A stretch of 64,000 nt of DNA from Eledone cirrhosa (Eukaryota), in the NCBI GenBank assembly GCA_964016885.1, contig OZ024741.1, forward strand, positions 392,646,001 through 392,710,000, given 5' to 3'. This document shows, piece by piece, positions 39,960 through 51,935 of the stretch; the stretch's first letter is position 1, and each line of letters opens with the position of its first letter. A program made the translations under genes and the position numbers. The notes under the pieces were generated by a model, which saw only the letters and a program-made list of their open reading frames with translations, did not search any database and had not been told where the DNA came from.

Positions 39960-40143
39960 CAGGAAAGGTCAGTAATTCATTACTATCTTATTACCAGTAA
40001 GAAAAATAGCATCAGATGTTTTACAGAGCAGGAATATAAATTACAGAATAATCAAAACTATGTTCAAAACATTTTATTGATGAAATATCAGCAATAAAAT
40101 GTTTTGAACATAGTTTTGATTATTTATTCTGTAATTTATATAT
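39960..40143 (-). mobile_element. Truncated fold-back relative of the 2206-3222 element, lacking the HHR
   Basis: Tail TGCTCTGTAAA.CATCTGATG...CTTACTGGTAATAAG.TAGTAAT matches 3063-3128; palindrome ~40034-40143. Confidence 0.7.
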
Positions 40144-40154
40144 ATATAAATATA

Positions 40155-40368
40155 TGGTTGCCAAACACTGTACGGCTAATAATTTGGGCTGTTTAAACCG
40201 TTACAAACAAATGTTCAGTAAACCCATACGTACATATATATATGTGTGCATGTATGTAGATACATACTACTGTATGTCTGTATACATATATGTATGTACG
40301 TATACATACTTACATTTAAGTATCAGCCGTACTAAGAGTGAGAAATAAAATTTCATTTTTTCCATTTA
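40155..40368 (+). mobile_element. ACTAGT-family fragment without HHR
   Basis: Homologous to 1080-1250 followed by 820-880. Confidence 0.7.
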
Positions 40369-40391
40369 AATATATATATATATATGCATAA

Positions 40392-42707
40392 GTGTACTTC
40401 ACAAGAAGGGAAGCAGAGGAAAGAAAGTGCAAGCATGTTCTACCACGCGAGGACCAAAAACGTGAGATGTTCAGGATTGCTAGGCAATGTGTCAAGGAAA
40501 ACCGTGATATTGTCGGGGAGAAGTGTGTCCGTAATGATGATGGTGTACTTGTCATCACTGACACTGATAAGAAGGTAGGTTGGAAGTGTCACTACGAAAG
40601 GCTACTAAAGGAGGAGAATAAATGGGAGAAAGACAGTCTCCCCCACACCGATCCAATAGAGGGACCAGCAGTGCTAGTTGAAGGTAGTATAATAAGTAAG
40701 GCAATTAAAGATATGAAGACGGGCAAGGCGGCTGGGCCTTCGGAAATAGTTGCTGAAATGCTAAAAGCATCTGGAACGGTGGGACACACCATGGTCACCC
40801 GGATAGTAAACCAAGTCATACAGAATGGGGTTGTTCCGAAGGACTGGCGTAGCAGCATCATCATTAACTGTTACAAGGGTAAAGGAGATGCCCTAGATAG
40901 GGGAAACTATAGAGGCATTAAATTAATTGACCAGGTTATGAAGGTCACAGAAAAAGTTATAGCGCAACTAATCAGAGAGCGAATTGATCTAGATGAAATG
41001 CAGTTCGGGTTTGTGTCAGGTAAAAGTACCCCAGACGCTCTTTTCATTGTACGACAACTACAGGAGAAGTACCTAGCTAAAAGTAAAGCCCTATACTTAG
41101 CTTTTGTTGACTTGGAGAAAGCCTTTGACAGAGTCCCCCGCGCCATTATCTGGTGGGCCCTTTGAAAACTAAGGGTTGATGAATGGCTTGTGAGAGCTAT
41201 ACAAGCCATGTATAAAGAAACAGTCAGCAAGGTTAGAATTAACAACGAATATAGTGAAGAGTTTAGCGTAAAAGTTGATGTTCATCAGGGCTCCGTCCTT
41301 AGCCCCCTCCTATTTATTATCGCCCTCCAAGCTATAACGGAGGAGTTCAAGACTGGTTGTCCATGGGAACTCCTATACGCAGATGATCTAACGCTCATAG
41401 CCGAATCAATGGCTGAACTAGAGAAGAAATTCCAAACATGGAAGCATGGCCTAGAATCAAAAGGTCTTAAAATTAACTTGTCTAAGACTAAAGTTCTAAT
41501 ATGTAGGAAGGAAAATAGGGCACCGGTCCCATCTGGGAAATGGCCATGCTCAGTGTGTAGGAAAGGAGTAGGCAGAAACTCCATTTTATGTCCCAAATGC
41601 AAAGTATGGGTGCATAAAAGATGTAGTGGGATCACAGGTAAGCTAACTAAGAATATAGATTTTATATGTGGTTGGTGCAATAAGTAGCAGCACATTCCCA
41701 CAGAATACTAGCTCATTCCATTGCCCAGATGGTTGTATAGAAATAGTGGACACCTTCCGTTACCTGGGTGACAAAATCAGCAGGGGTGTAGCTAGAGTCA
41801 GAACGGGATGGAAAAAGTTCAGAGAGCTTATACCACTATTGGCCGCTAAGGGTTTCTCTCTAAAAATGAAAGGCAGGCTGTATGATGCCTGCATATGAAC
41901 AGCGATGTTACATGGCAGTGAGACATGGCCCTTGTGTGCAGAGGATCTATGCAGACCGGAGAGGAACAAAGCTAACATGCTCCGTTGGATGTGTAATAGT
42001 AATATACGTGAACGGCAAAGCATAAATGAACTAAGTGAGAAATTAGGAATAAGAGGGATTAGATGCTGTTTACTCGAGAGAAGACTACGTTGGTATGGTC
42101 ACGTGATGCACATGAAAGACGACAGCTGTATAAAAAAGTGCAGGGCGATCAAAATAGACGGTAGCCACGGAGTAGGCAGACCCAGAAAAACATGGGACGA
42201 CTTGATAAATTCCGACCTCACACACTTACACCTCTCCAAGACAATGTCACTGGACTGAGATCTTTGGCGCTACGCAGTAATACAGAAGACCCGCCTTACC
42301 TAAGTACAAAGCGAAACCTACAGTCAGTAGGCACCTCTTAACCAATATACACCCCTGTCCCACTACCCCTACCCCCACCGCCATCTACACCACCCCTTTC
42401 GATGTAAAGTTAAGTTATGTTGGTACCACAACATCCAGTCCTAAATAAATGAGGTCGTGTAGGTGTCACGACAAAAAAACACACAGTCCACGCTGTAATG
42501 TGGCCGTGTAGGTAACACGTTAAAAACCTCCCAGCCCACACTGTAAATGTGGTTGGTGTTAGGAAGGGCATCCAGCCGTAGAAAACCTGCCAGTCAGTCC
42601 TATACGAGCAAGACAACTAATCTTGCCTCAAGTGGGACAATTCCAGTCCAGACCCATACTAGTGTGGAAGATGGACGTTAAACGATGATGATGATGATGA
42701 TGATGAT
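40392..42707 (+). mobile_element. RTE-clade LINE, 5'-truncated
   Basis: RT ORF pieces 40392-42258, 3' UTR, (GAT)n tail. Confidence 0.9.
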
Positions 42708-42709
42708 AC

Positions 42710-42740
<31 letters not shown>

Positions 42741-42783
42741 CAATATTAAATAAATGGAAAACTATATTTATAAAACCATATTT

Positions 42784-42847
42784 ATTTCATTATATATATT
42801 TCGGGGATATCATATTAACAATATGTTATGCCTTCATCAGACAAAAT
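42784..42847 (-). ncRNA. Inverted copy of the 43005-43068 hammerhead
   Basis: Reverse complement in the left arm. Confidence 0.7.
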
Positions 42848-43004
42848 ACAATATAAACAGTTTTATAGATAAATATATTCGACATACCGTAATAAACATC
42901 AACTTCATTTGAAGAGGTTTACTGCTAGAGTAAACCTCTTCAAATGAAGTTGATGTTTATTACGGTATGTCGAATATATTTATCTATAAAACTGTTTATA
43001 TTGT

Positions 43005-43068
43005 ATTTTGTCTGATGAAGGCATAACATATTGTTAATATGATATCCCCGAAATATATATAATGAAAT
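43005..43068 (+). ncRNA. Type I hammerhead ribozyme, ATATATAT stem III, AUA triplet
   Basis: ATTTTGT-CTGATGA-AGG..CATATT-GTT-AATATG..CCC-GAA-ATATATAT-A-ATGAAAT; 7-bp stem I with two G-U pairs. Confidence 0.7.
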
Positions 43069-43197
43069 AAATATGGTTTTATAAATATAGTTTTCCATTT
43101 ATTTAATATTGTAAATATACTCCAAATATTTGTCGAGTGCTTTTATATCAGTTATAAATATTTACTAGTTGTAACCCAACAATTTTAAATATAACTT

Positions 43198-43233
<36 letters not shown>

Positions 43234-43355
43234 TATAGACATAGAATATTCGAAAATATTCTGTATGTTTATAATAAACATTTTGAAGACCTAATCGCTA
43301 TAGAATAGAATACGTCACGTATTACAATTAGATTCTCGATAAAAGCAAGGGAAGC

Positions 43356-43394
43356 AATCTACGCGTTTCATTCTTGTTAGAAATCATCAGGACC
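43356..43394 (-). ncRNA. Minimal hammerhead in the inverted part of the 310-bp array
   Basis: Reverse complement of 43891-43929. Confidence 0.85.
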
Positions 43395-43890
43395 ACATAT
43401 CCAGTGCTTTTATCGAGAATGACACAGCTAGAGACTTATAGAATACTTAGCTGTGTACAGGAACTGGTTTGAAAGAGCGGTTGCCGGTCCGGCAGAAATT
43501 AGAAATTGGAATAAATGCTCTGAAATAGCGATATATATGTGAATATAGACATAGAATATTCGAAAATATTCTGTATGTTTATAATAAACATTTTGAAGAC
43601 CTAATCGCTATAGAATAGAATACGTCACGTATTACAATTAGATTCTCGATAAAAGCAAGGGAAGCAATCTACGCGTTTCATTCTTGTTAGAAATCATTTA
43701 TTATAAACATACAGAATATTTTCGAATATTCTATGTCTATATTCACATATATATCGCTATTTCAGAGCATTTATTCCAATTTCTAATTTCTGCCGGACCG
43801 GCAACCGCTCTTTCAAACCAGTTCCTGTACACAGCTAAGTATTCTATAAGTCTCTAGCTGTGTCATTCTCGATAAAAGCACTGGATATGT

Positions 43891-43929
43891 GGTCCTGATG
43901 ATTTCTAACAAGAATGAAACGCGTAGATT
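43891..43929 (+). ncRNA. Minimal hammerhead (ACGCGT stem III), array copy 1; further copies at 44201, 44511, 44821
   Basis: GGTC-CTGATGA-T-TTCT-AACA-AGAA-T-GAAAC-GC-GTA-GATT, enclosed by a 16-bp inverted repeat (43865-43880/43938-43953). Confidence 0.85.
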
Positions 43930-45014
43930 GCTTCCCTTGCTTTTATCGAGAATCTAATTGTAATACGTGACGTATTCTATTCTATAGCGATTAGGTCTTC
44001 AAAATGTTTATTATAAACATACAGAATATTTTCGAATATTCTATGTCTATATTCACATATATATCGCTATTTCAGAGCATTTATTCCAATTTCTAATTTC
44101 TGCCGGACCGGCAACCGCTCTTTCAAACCAGTTCCTGTACACAGCTAAGTATTCTATAAGTCTCTAGCTGTGTCATTCTCGATAAAAGCACTGGATATGT
44201 GGTCCTGATGATTTCTAACAAGAATGAAACGCGTAGATTGCTTCCCTTGCTTTTATCGAGAATCTAATTGTAATACGTGACGTATTCTATTCTATAGCGA
44301 TTAGGTCTTCAAAATGTTTATTATAAACATACAGAATATTTTCGAATATTCTATGTCTATATTCACATATATATCGCTATTTCAGAGCATTTATTCCAAT
44401 TTCTAATTTCTGCCGGACCGGCAACCGCTCTTTCAAACCAGTTCCTGTACACAGCTAAGTATTCTATAAGTCTCTAGCTGTGTCATTCTCGATAAAAGCA
44501 CTGGATATGTGGTCCTGATGATTTCTAACAAGAATGAAACGCGTAGATTGCTTCCCTTGCTTTTATCGAGAATCTAATTGTAATACGTGACGTATTCTAT
44601 TCTATAGCGATTAGGTCTTCAAAATGTTTATTATAAACATACAGAATATTTTCGAATATTCTATGTCTATATTCACATATATATCGCTATTTCAGAGCAT
44701 TTATTCCAATTTCTAATTTCTGCCGGACCGGCAACCGCTCTTTCAAACCAGTTCCTGTACACAGCTAAGTATTCTATAAGTCTCTAGCTGTGTCATTCTC
44801 GATAAAAGCACTGGATATGTGGTCCTGATGATTTCTAACAAGAATGAAACGCGTAGATTGCTTCCCTTGCTTTTATCGAGAATCTAATTGTAATACGTGA
44901 CGTATTCTATTCTATAGCGATTAGGTCTTCAAAATGTTTATTATAAACATACAGAATATTTTCGAATATTCTATGTCTATATTCACATATATATCGCTAT
45001 TTCAGAGCATTTAT

Positions 45015-45047
<33 letters not shown>

Positions 45048-45050
<3 letters not shown>

Positions 45051-45315
45051 TGGCTTGATTTCTACAGCTGGATGCTCTTCCTAACACCAACCTCATTTAC
45101 AGTGAGTGCTGGGTGCTTTCTTGTTGTGGCACCTCCACGACCACTTTGCAGTGGAATGATAGGGACCCCTGTTCTATCATCGCATTTCTACAGCTGAGTA
45201 AACTGGAGCAATGTGAATTAAAGTGTCTTGCTCAAGGAAACAACACATCACCCGATCTGAGAATTGAACTCACAACCTTTCAATTGCAAGGCCAAAGCTC
45301 TAACCACTAGGCCAT
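45048..45315 (-). mobile_element. SINE, same family, 3'-truncated
   Basis: Reverse-complement homology. Confidence 0.85.
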
Positions 45316-45507
45316 TATATATATGGGAAAAGCCACTATATATATATGGGAAAAGTGGATGTAAAATGATGATGATGATGATGATGATGATATATATATA
45401 TATAATATATATGTGTGTCTATATATAAATATATATACATATATATATATACACACACACATATATATATATATCTATCTCTATATATATACACATACAT
45501 ATTATAT

Positions 45508-48500
45508 CATCATCATCATCATCATTATACGTCCGCTTTTCCCTGCTTGCAAGGGTGGGATGGGTTCTATTCAGCACAGCATCTCTCCACTTGTCACGGT
45601 CCTTCATCATCTCCACCGTGAGCTTCAGCAATCTGAGGTCAGCTCTCATCAAATCTGCCCATGTTTTTCGTGGTCTTCCTCTAATACGTCTTCCTTCAAC
45701 TGGCATTTCTTGGCACTTCTTCACCCATCGGTCATCCTCCATCCGCATCACATGTCCATACCATTGCAGTCTCCTCTCCAGCACACTACAATTTATCCCT
45801 GTCAAACACAGTTTCTCTCTCAACGCATCCATGCTCGGTCGTTCATGCACATTGACATTGCACATCCAACGGAGCATGCTTGCTTCATTTCTCTCCAGCT
45901 GTTGCATATCCTCTGCAGTTCCTGCCCATGTCTCACTACCATGCAGCATCACGCACCTCACACAGGCATCATATAACCGGCCTTTCGTATGGAGGGAGAA
46001 ACCCTTCTTCATCAACAGAGAAAGCAGCTCCCTAAACTTCTTCCAACCCATCCTTATTCTAGATACTATGGCCCCGGAACACCCTCCTCCCATGCTAATC
46101 GGATCATCTAGGTACTGGAAGCTATCAACCACTTCTATAGAACCCACCTGCATTGGAAAAATGTGTCTATCACTGTGACTTCTACTGTCAAATTACCCTG
46201 TACATCTACTGCATACGTATTTCTCCCTACCTATTAGCTTGGCTGCTATCCCACTACATCTCTTGTGTACCCAAGATCTGCATTGTGTACATTTTATAGA
46301 ATTTATGCCAGTTCCTTTTCTGCATATCGAACATGGCCATTTCCCTGATGGAATCAGACTTTTGTCCTCCTTTCTGCTTATCAACATTTTTGTCTTAGCT
46401 AGGTTCACTCTCAGTCCTCTTAATTCCAACTGCTGTTTCCATAGCCAGAATTTATTCTCTAGCTCCTCTACTGATTCTGCTCTGAGAACCAGATCGTCAG
46501 CATAGAGAAGTTCCCATGGGCAGCCAGTCTTAAACTCCTCTGTTGTGGCTTGGAGGACTATATATAATGAACAAGCGTGAGCTGAGGACCGAATCCTGAT
46601 GTACTCCTACTTGTATCTGGAATTCCTCACTAAACTCCATTCCTACCCTCACTTTACTGACAGCACCTCTGTACAAAGTTTGCACTGTCCTCACAAGCCA
46701 TTTCTCAACACCTAGTTTCCTTAGGAACCACCAGATGACAGATCGGGGTACTCTATCAAAGGCCTTCTCTAGATCAACAAAAGCTAAGTATAGTGGCTTA
46801 TTATTCTCTAAGAACCTCTCTTGTAGTTGTCTCACTAAGAAGAGGGCATCTATTGTACTTTTTCCAGGCACGAAACCAAACTGCATCTCATCTTGTTTGA
46901 CCCTTTCTCTAATTAGTTGCGCTAATATCCTTTCTGCCACTTTCATAACCTAATCCATCAGTTTTATGCCCCTATAATTGTTCCTCTCCAGAGCATCCCC
47001 TTTACCTTTGTAGCAATTCATGAGAATACTGCTACACCAGTCTTTGGGTATGACACCACCATATATAGCCTGATTGATGATGTGTGCAACCAGTTTAGTG
47101 CCTATGTCCCCTGACGCCTTCAGCATCTCAGCAACTATCACCGATGGTCCAGCAGCCTTACCATTTTTCATTTCCTTAATCACCTCTTGGACCCTATATT
47201 TGTCAATCTCAATAGCTGGTCCCTCTGTCGGATCTACTGAAGGTAATTTCTCTCTCTCCCATTCGTTGTCCACATTCATCAGTCTCTCATAATGACATTT
47301 CCAGGCCTCCTTTTTCTGATCATTCGTGACACTAAGTACACCGGCATCATTCCTGACACACTTATCTCCAACAACATCCTGATTTGCACTGACACACTGC
47401 CTTGCAATGCGGAACACTGCACGTCTCTGATCTTCCCATTGCAGAACATTGGCAAACCTCCTACTCTCAGCCTCCCTGCGTGCTAAGTACACCTAATATC
47501 TATCTTCTCTCTTAGCGGTTGTATATCCTTCTCTACTCCCACCATTTTTCCAAGCCTTCCATGCTAGTCTTTTGTCTCTAATGGCCCTATCTACCGTGCT
47601 GTTCCACCACCAGGTCACTCTCTGTCTGGTTGGAGCTCTGCTCCAGCCACAAGTTTCATCAGTAGCCTGCAGTAAGTTGTCACGTAAGAAATTCCGGTTA
47701 TCATCTATCATACGACTCTAAATCGTCTTCTTTTTCGTCATACACATCATGAAGGGCTTTCCTAAATTTATATTTTAGTGAAAGGTCTTTTAGCTTCCAG
47801 ACCTTTCTTCTCCACACCTTCTTGTATGTCTCATTCCGTCTCATGCTTACAGAGATATCACTAACGACTAACCTATGCTGTGGGGGTACATTCTTCCCCG
47901 GGGTATGACTTGGTATTTGACACCATCTGTCTGTCTCGCTGCCTAAGTAGCAAGAAGTCAATCTGGCTTATGTGCTTGCCTGATTTGTAGGTTATTAGGT
48001 GGTTGGAAGGTTTCTGGAAGTTAGTTTTGCAAATGGTTAGTGCACTTGCATCACAAAATTCAAGAAGACTCACTCCTTCTTCATTTCTTGAGCCGTAACC
48101 CGTGCCCTCCATGTACTCCAGTGTATCCATCCTGGAGCTGTCCAGCATGACCATTGAAGTCCCTTGCTAGCATAATGATGTCTCCGTCCTCTGTCATCGT
48201 GGCTGTTTGTAAAAGTTGCTCGTAAAAGCAGTCTTTCTCTTCTTTACCTAGGCCTGCTTGGGGAGCATAGGCAGAGATGATTGTCAGTGGTCTCCTGCCT
48301 ACAACTAATCTAAGCTTAATTATTCGATTACTAACTCGAACTACCTCTATTGTCTTATCATCCCATCTCTCAGCCAGTAAAATGCTTACACCACCTAACC
48401 CATCATCATTACCCACCCAGAAAAGCTTATAACTAAGATGTTTGCCTGTGATTAGTCTTACAGAGGCACCTCTCCATCTCACCTCTTGCACGCAGCACAC

Positions 48501-49135
48501 ATCCACATGCCTTCTCTCCAGCATCTCTGCTATTTCACCAGATCTACCTGTTAGAGTGCCAACATTAAGTGTTGCAACTCTGAGATGCAATGTCTTCTTA
48601 TTCTTGTTCTTTTTCCTGTAGTGCGATTGCTTGATGACGATCAGGGCATTCTTGCACATGGCCTCAACAGCCACCTCGCTACCGTGTGCAGCCCTAACAT
48701 GGTTGGTGTTATTGCTGTTGATGTAGTTGCTGCAATTCATTTGTTGTGCTCATAGTTTTTGGCAGTAGTATATATACTGGTTGGATGCCCTTCCTAACAA
48801 CAGCACCACTTTACAGCATGGACTTTTATTTGTGCCACCAGCACTAGAGAGGATGTCTTACTGGACTCAGGGGCCCTCTCTACCCCTCCATTTTACAGCA
48901 TGGACTAGGGGATTTTATTCATGCCACCAGCACTAGAGAGGATGTCTTACTGGACTCAGGGGCCCTCTCTACCCCTCCATTTTCACAGCATGGACTGGGT
49001 GCTTTTATTCATGCTACCAGCACTAGGGAAGTTGTCTTACTGGACTTAGGGGACTTCTCTACCCGGCACCAATTTATTCGGAGTGGTAGCACTCCTAGAC
49101 GGGTTGCCTACATTACAGCTTATGGAGCCTTCATC
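45508..49135 (-). mobile_element. Near full-length RTE-clade LINE (5' UTR repeats, APE EN, RT), disrupted
   Basis: TLNVGTL, CVQEVRW, SAYAPQ, DFNGH, YRGIKL, QFGF, (GAT)n tail; several stops and frameshifts. Confidence 0.9.
48808..49065. repeat. ~85-bp tandem repeat x3 in the RTE 5' UTR
   Basis: ACAGCATGGACT...CCAGCACTAG...GTCTTACTGGACT...CTCTAC repeated. Confidence 0.85.
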
Positions 49136-49727
49136 CGCATCTTGTCTGTTCTATGATATATTCATGAGGGAGTGGTTAGTATACAGCGTCAGGCATGTAT
49201 ACCGAATGTGGTGGAAGTGGTAAGGGAGAAGCATAATGGCTTATACGTACAAATTTAACACAAATTTCAACACAGTTTATAAATCACATACATACATATA
49301 TATATACAAATCTCTTTACGAGGCCCGCAATTACCCCAGTGTATTACTGGTGCTTTATTTTATCGACCCCCGTAAGACAAATCTAACCACCGCGGGATTT
49401 GAACTCAGAATGTAAATGCTGCAAAGCATGGTGTCTGATGCTCTACCGATACTGCCACTGCCCATATTGTTATAATATTGCCAGAAAAATGTAGTAAAAC
49501 ACACTCACTCTTTGGTTTCGGTTGATTTTCGATTCAGTATAAATATTTTAATAACTTTATAATTAATTCAGCTGGCAATCACTGATTGACCAACAGTTAA
49601 AAATATAAATATAGTTTCTCAGAGTTCTTTCGTCGCACAACTATGACATAATCAGTGATGTTTCTATTTTTCCTCCCATTGTATTCCTGTAATATTTTGT
49701 CATTCTATTTTATTTAATTATTTATTG

Positions 49728-50079
49728 TCTCTGGCGTCACGCAGTAATACAGAGTACCCCACCTCCCATGGGTACAAGCTGAAGCATATAGACAATATGC
49801 CACCACACCCTCCCACTGCAAAGTGGTCGTGGAGGTGCCACGGCAAAAAAGCACCTAGCCCACACTGTAAAGTGGACGTGTAGGCGCCACAGAAAAAGCA
49901 CCCAGCATTCACTGTAAATGAGGTTGATGTTGGGAAGGGCATCCAGCTGTAGAAACCAAGCCAAAATCAATTCCTGTATGAGCAAGGCATGGTCAGCTGA
50001 CCAGACACTGCCCACAATAGGACAACCCGTCTAACCCATGCTAGCATGGAAGAACGGACGTAAAACGGTGATGATGATG
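49728..50079 (+). mobile_element. RTE 3' end fragment (9908 subfamily)
   Basis: Reverse complement of ~9915-10265. Confidence 0.82.
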
Positions 50080-50850
50080 TCTGTTTGTGCATGTGTTTGT
50101 GTACGTGTATTCTGTTTGGTGTGTGTCCGTGTGTTCATATCTGTGTCTGTGTGTGTTTATGTGTCTATATTCTACCTTTGGTCACTAGTGTGTGTTTATG
50201 TGTGGGTGTTGTTATTGTTATTTACATTCTAACTTAGATCACTATTGTGTGTGTTAGTTGTTATTCCATTCATTTTTTCTGTTCAGCCCAGGTTTTCTTA
50301 ATACTATTTCTGTAGCCTCTCTAATTTGCCTAATTGTAGAGTCATTCCTATGTTTAGATATTATTTTAATTTCTATGTTGTCTATATTACCATCATGTCT
50401 TTGCCTAGCGTGTTCATATAGTACTGAATTGTCTTTTTGTCCTTTTAGTTCACTGCAATGTTCATCTATCCCCTCTCCTCTGCTATGCGTTGTCTCTCAT
50501 GTATGTTGTTGTCATGTTTCTGCAGGCACCCTCTGTGCATCATATGCTATAGATTACATTTCTAGTTTTACAATTTATTTATGGACTTATTCTACATATT
50601 ACACATTATAACATATTATATACTTGATTGGCTACAGGCTGCTATTTTTAGCAACCTAATAGTTTATTCAAGCTACCTTGTACTAACTGATTCACACTGC
50701 TCATTTGTTGGCACCATGTGCTTATCAAAAGTTAGTTATTTGTTCTCTCTCTTTCATAAAATTCATAAAATACAGGTACACCCGTTGAGAAGCTCCTGTA
50801 TGTACTAGGATTTCTTCGCATTTCTAGTGAAACATATATATATATATATA

Positions 50851-51157
50851 TCATCATCATTTTACGTCCGCTTTTCCCTGCTTGCAAGGGTGGGACAGGA
50901 ACTGATTCTGGCTTGATTTCTACAGCTGGATGCCCTTCCTAACACCAACCTCATTTACAGTGAGTGCTGGGTGCTTTTTTTCCGTGGCGCCTACACGACC
51001 ATTTTGCAGTGGAACGATAGGGACTCCAGTCCCTATCATCTCATTTCTATAGTTGAGTAAACTGGAGCAATGTGAAATAAAGTGTCTTGCTCAAGGAAAC
51101 AACACATCACCCGGTCCGAGAATTGAACTCACATCCTTTCGATTTCAAGGCCAATGC
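50851..51157 (-). mobile_element. SINE, same family, 5'-truncated
   Basis: Reverse-complement homology. Confidence 0.85.
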
Positions 51158-51159
51158 AA

Positions 51160-51935
51160 ACTTTGATGACAAAGTGAAAGAAGCATGAAAGACTTACTAT
51201 GAGAGGCTGCTGAATGCAGAGAATAAATGTGCCAGTGAGGGCATGCAGACCCAACTGAGTGACCAGCCATAAACGTTGACAGCAGTGTGATAGATAAAGC
51301 AATTATGGACATGAAAGTAGGGAAGGCAGCTGGACCATCGGTATAGTTACCAAGATGGTAAAATCATCCGACATGGTAGGATACAAGCTATTCAGACACA
51401 TAGTTAATCAAATAGTACAGGATGATGTCATACCCAATGACTGGTGTAGCACTAGCATTGTAAATAGTTACATGGGTAAATGAAACCCATTACAGAGAAG
51501 TAACTACAGAATCATCAAGTTGATGGACCAGGTCATAAATATTGTTGGAAAGGTTATAGCACAATTTATTATGGACAGCATCAAGTTAGGTAAGATGAAG
51601 TTACTACTGATGCCCCTTTCTGGTGAGACAACTATAGGAGAGGTACTTAGCTAAGAGAAAGCCACTGTATTTATAGACATGGAGAAGGCCTTTGACTGAG
51701 TCCTACACTCTGTAATGGTGGGCACTTAGGAAGCTAGGTGTAGACAAATAGCTTGTGAGAACCTTGCAAGCCATCTATAAAGGTGCAGTTAGCAAGGTGA
51801 GAGTTGACAATGATAAATTTGAAATGCAAGTCCACCAGGGTTCAGTTCTCAGTCTACTTTTGAGGAGTTTAAAGTTGGCATTCCATGAGAACTCCTGTAT
51901 GTAGAAGACCTAATTCTTATAGCTGAATCAACTGT
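51160..51935 (+). mobile_element. Degraded RTE RT fragment
   Basis: Decayed GKAAGP, NYR.IKL, DMEKAFD, HQGSVLS motifs. Confidence 0.7.

Larger units (their letters stand above)
42739..43200 (+). mobile_element. Fold-back HHR element (185-bp arms 42739-42923/42929-43113) plus ~87-nt tail
   Basis: Inverted repeat with 5-nt spacer, no mismatch seen; (AT)n flanks. Confidence 0.85.
43231..45020. mobile_element. 310-bp HHR-containing tandem array with inverted left part (retrozyme/PLE pseudo-LTR-like)
   Basis: About 1.5 units on - (43231-43697) joined to about 4.3 apparently identical units on + (43698-45020); period 310; (AT)n on both sides. Confidence 0.85.

Noticed and set aside
43956-43968. 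AATTGTAATACGT shared between the 310-bp unit and the 12241 HHR 3' end
   Set aside because: 13-nt AT-rich match without flanking homology; likely chance.
43231-45020. CRISPR array or plain satellite
   Set aside because: No unique spacers, eukaryotic context; the HHR and inverted head explain it better.
49614-49658. Minus-strand CTGATTA-TGTC..GAC-GAAAG motif
   Set aside because: G8 lost and stem III not palindromic; too degenerate to call.
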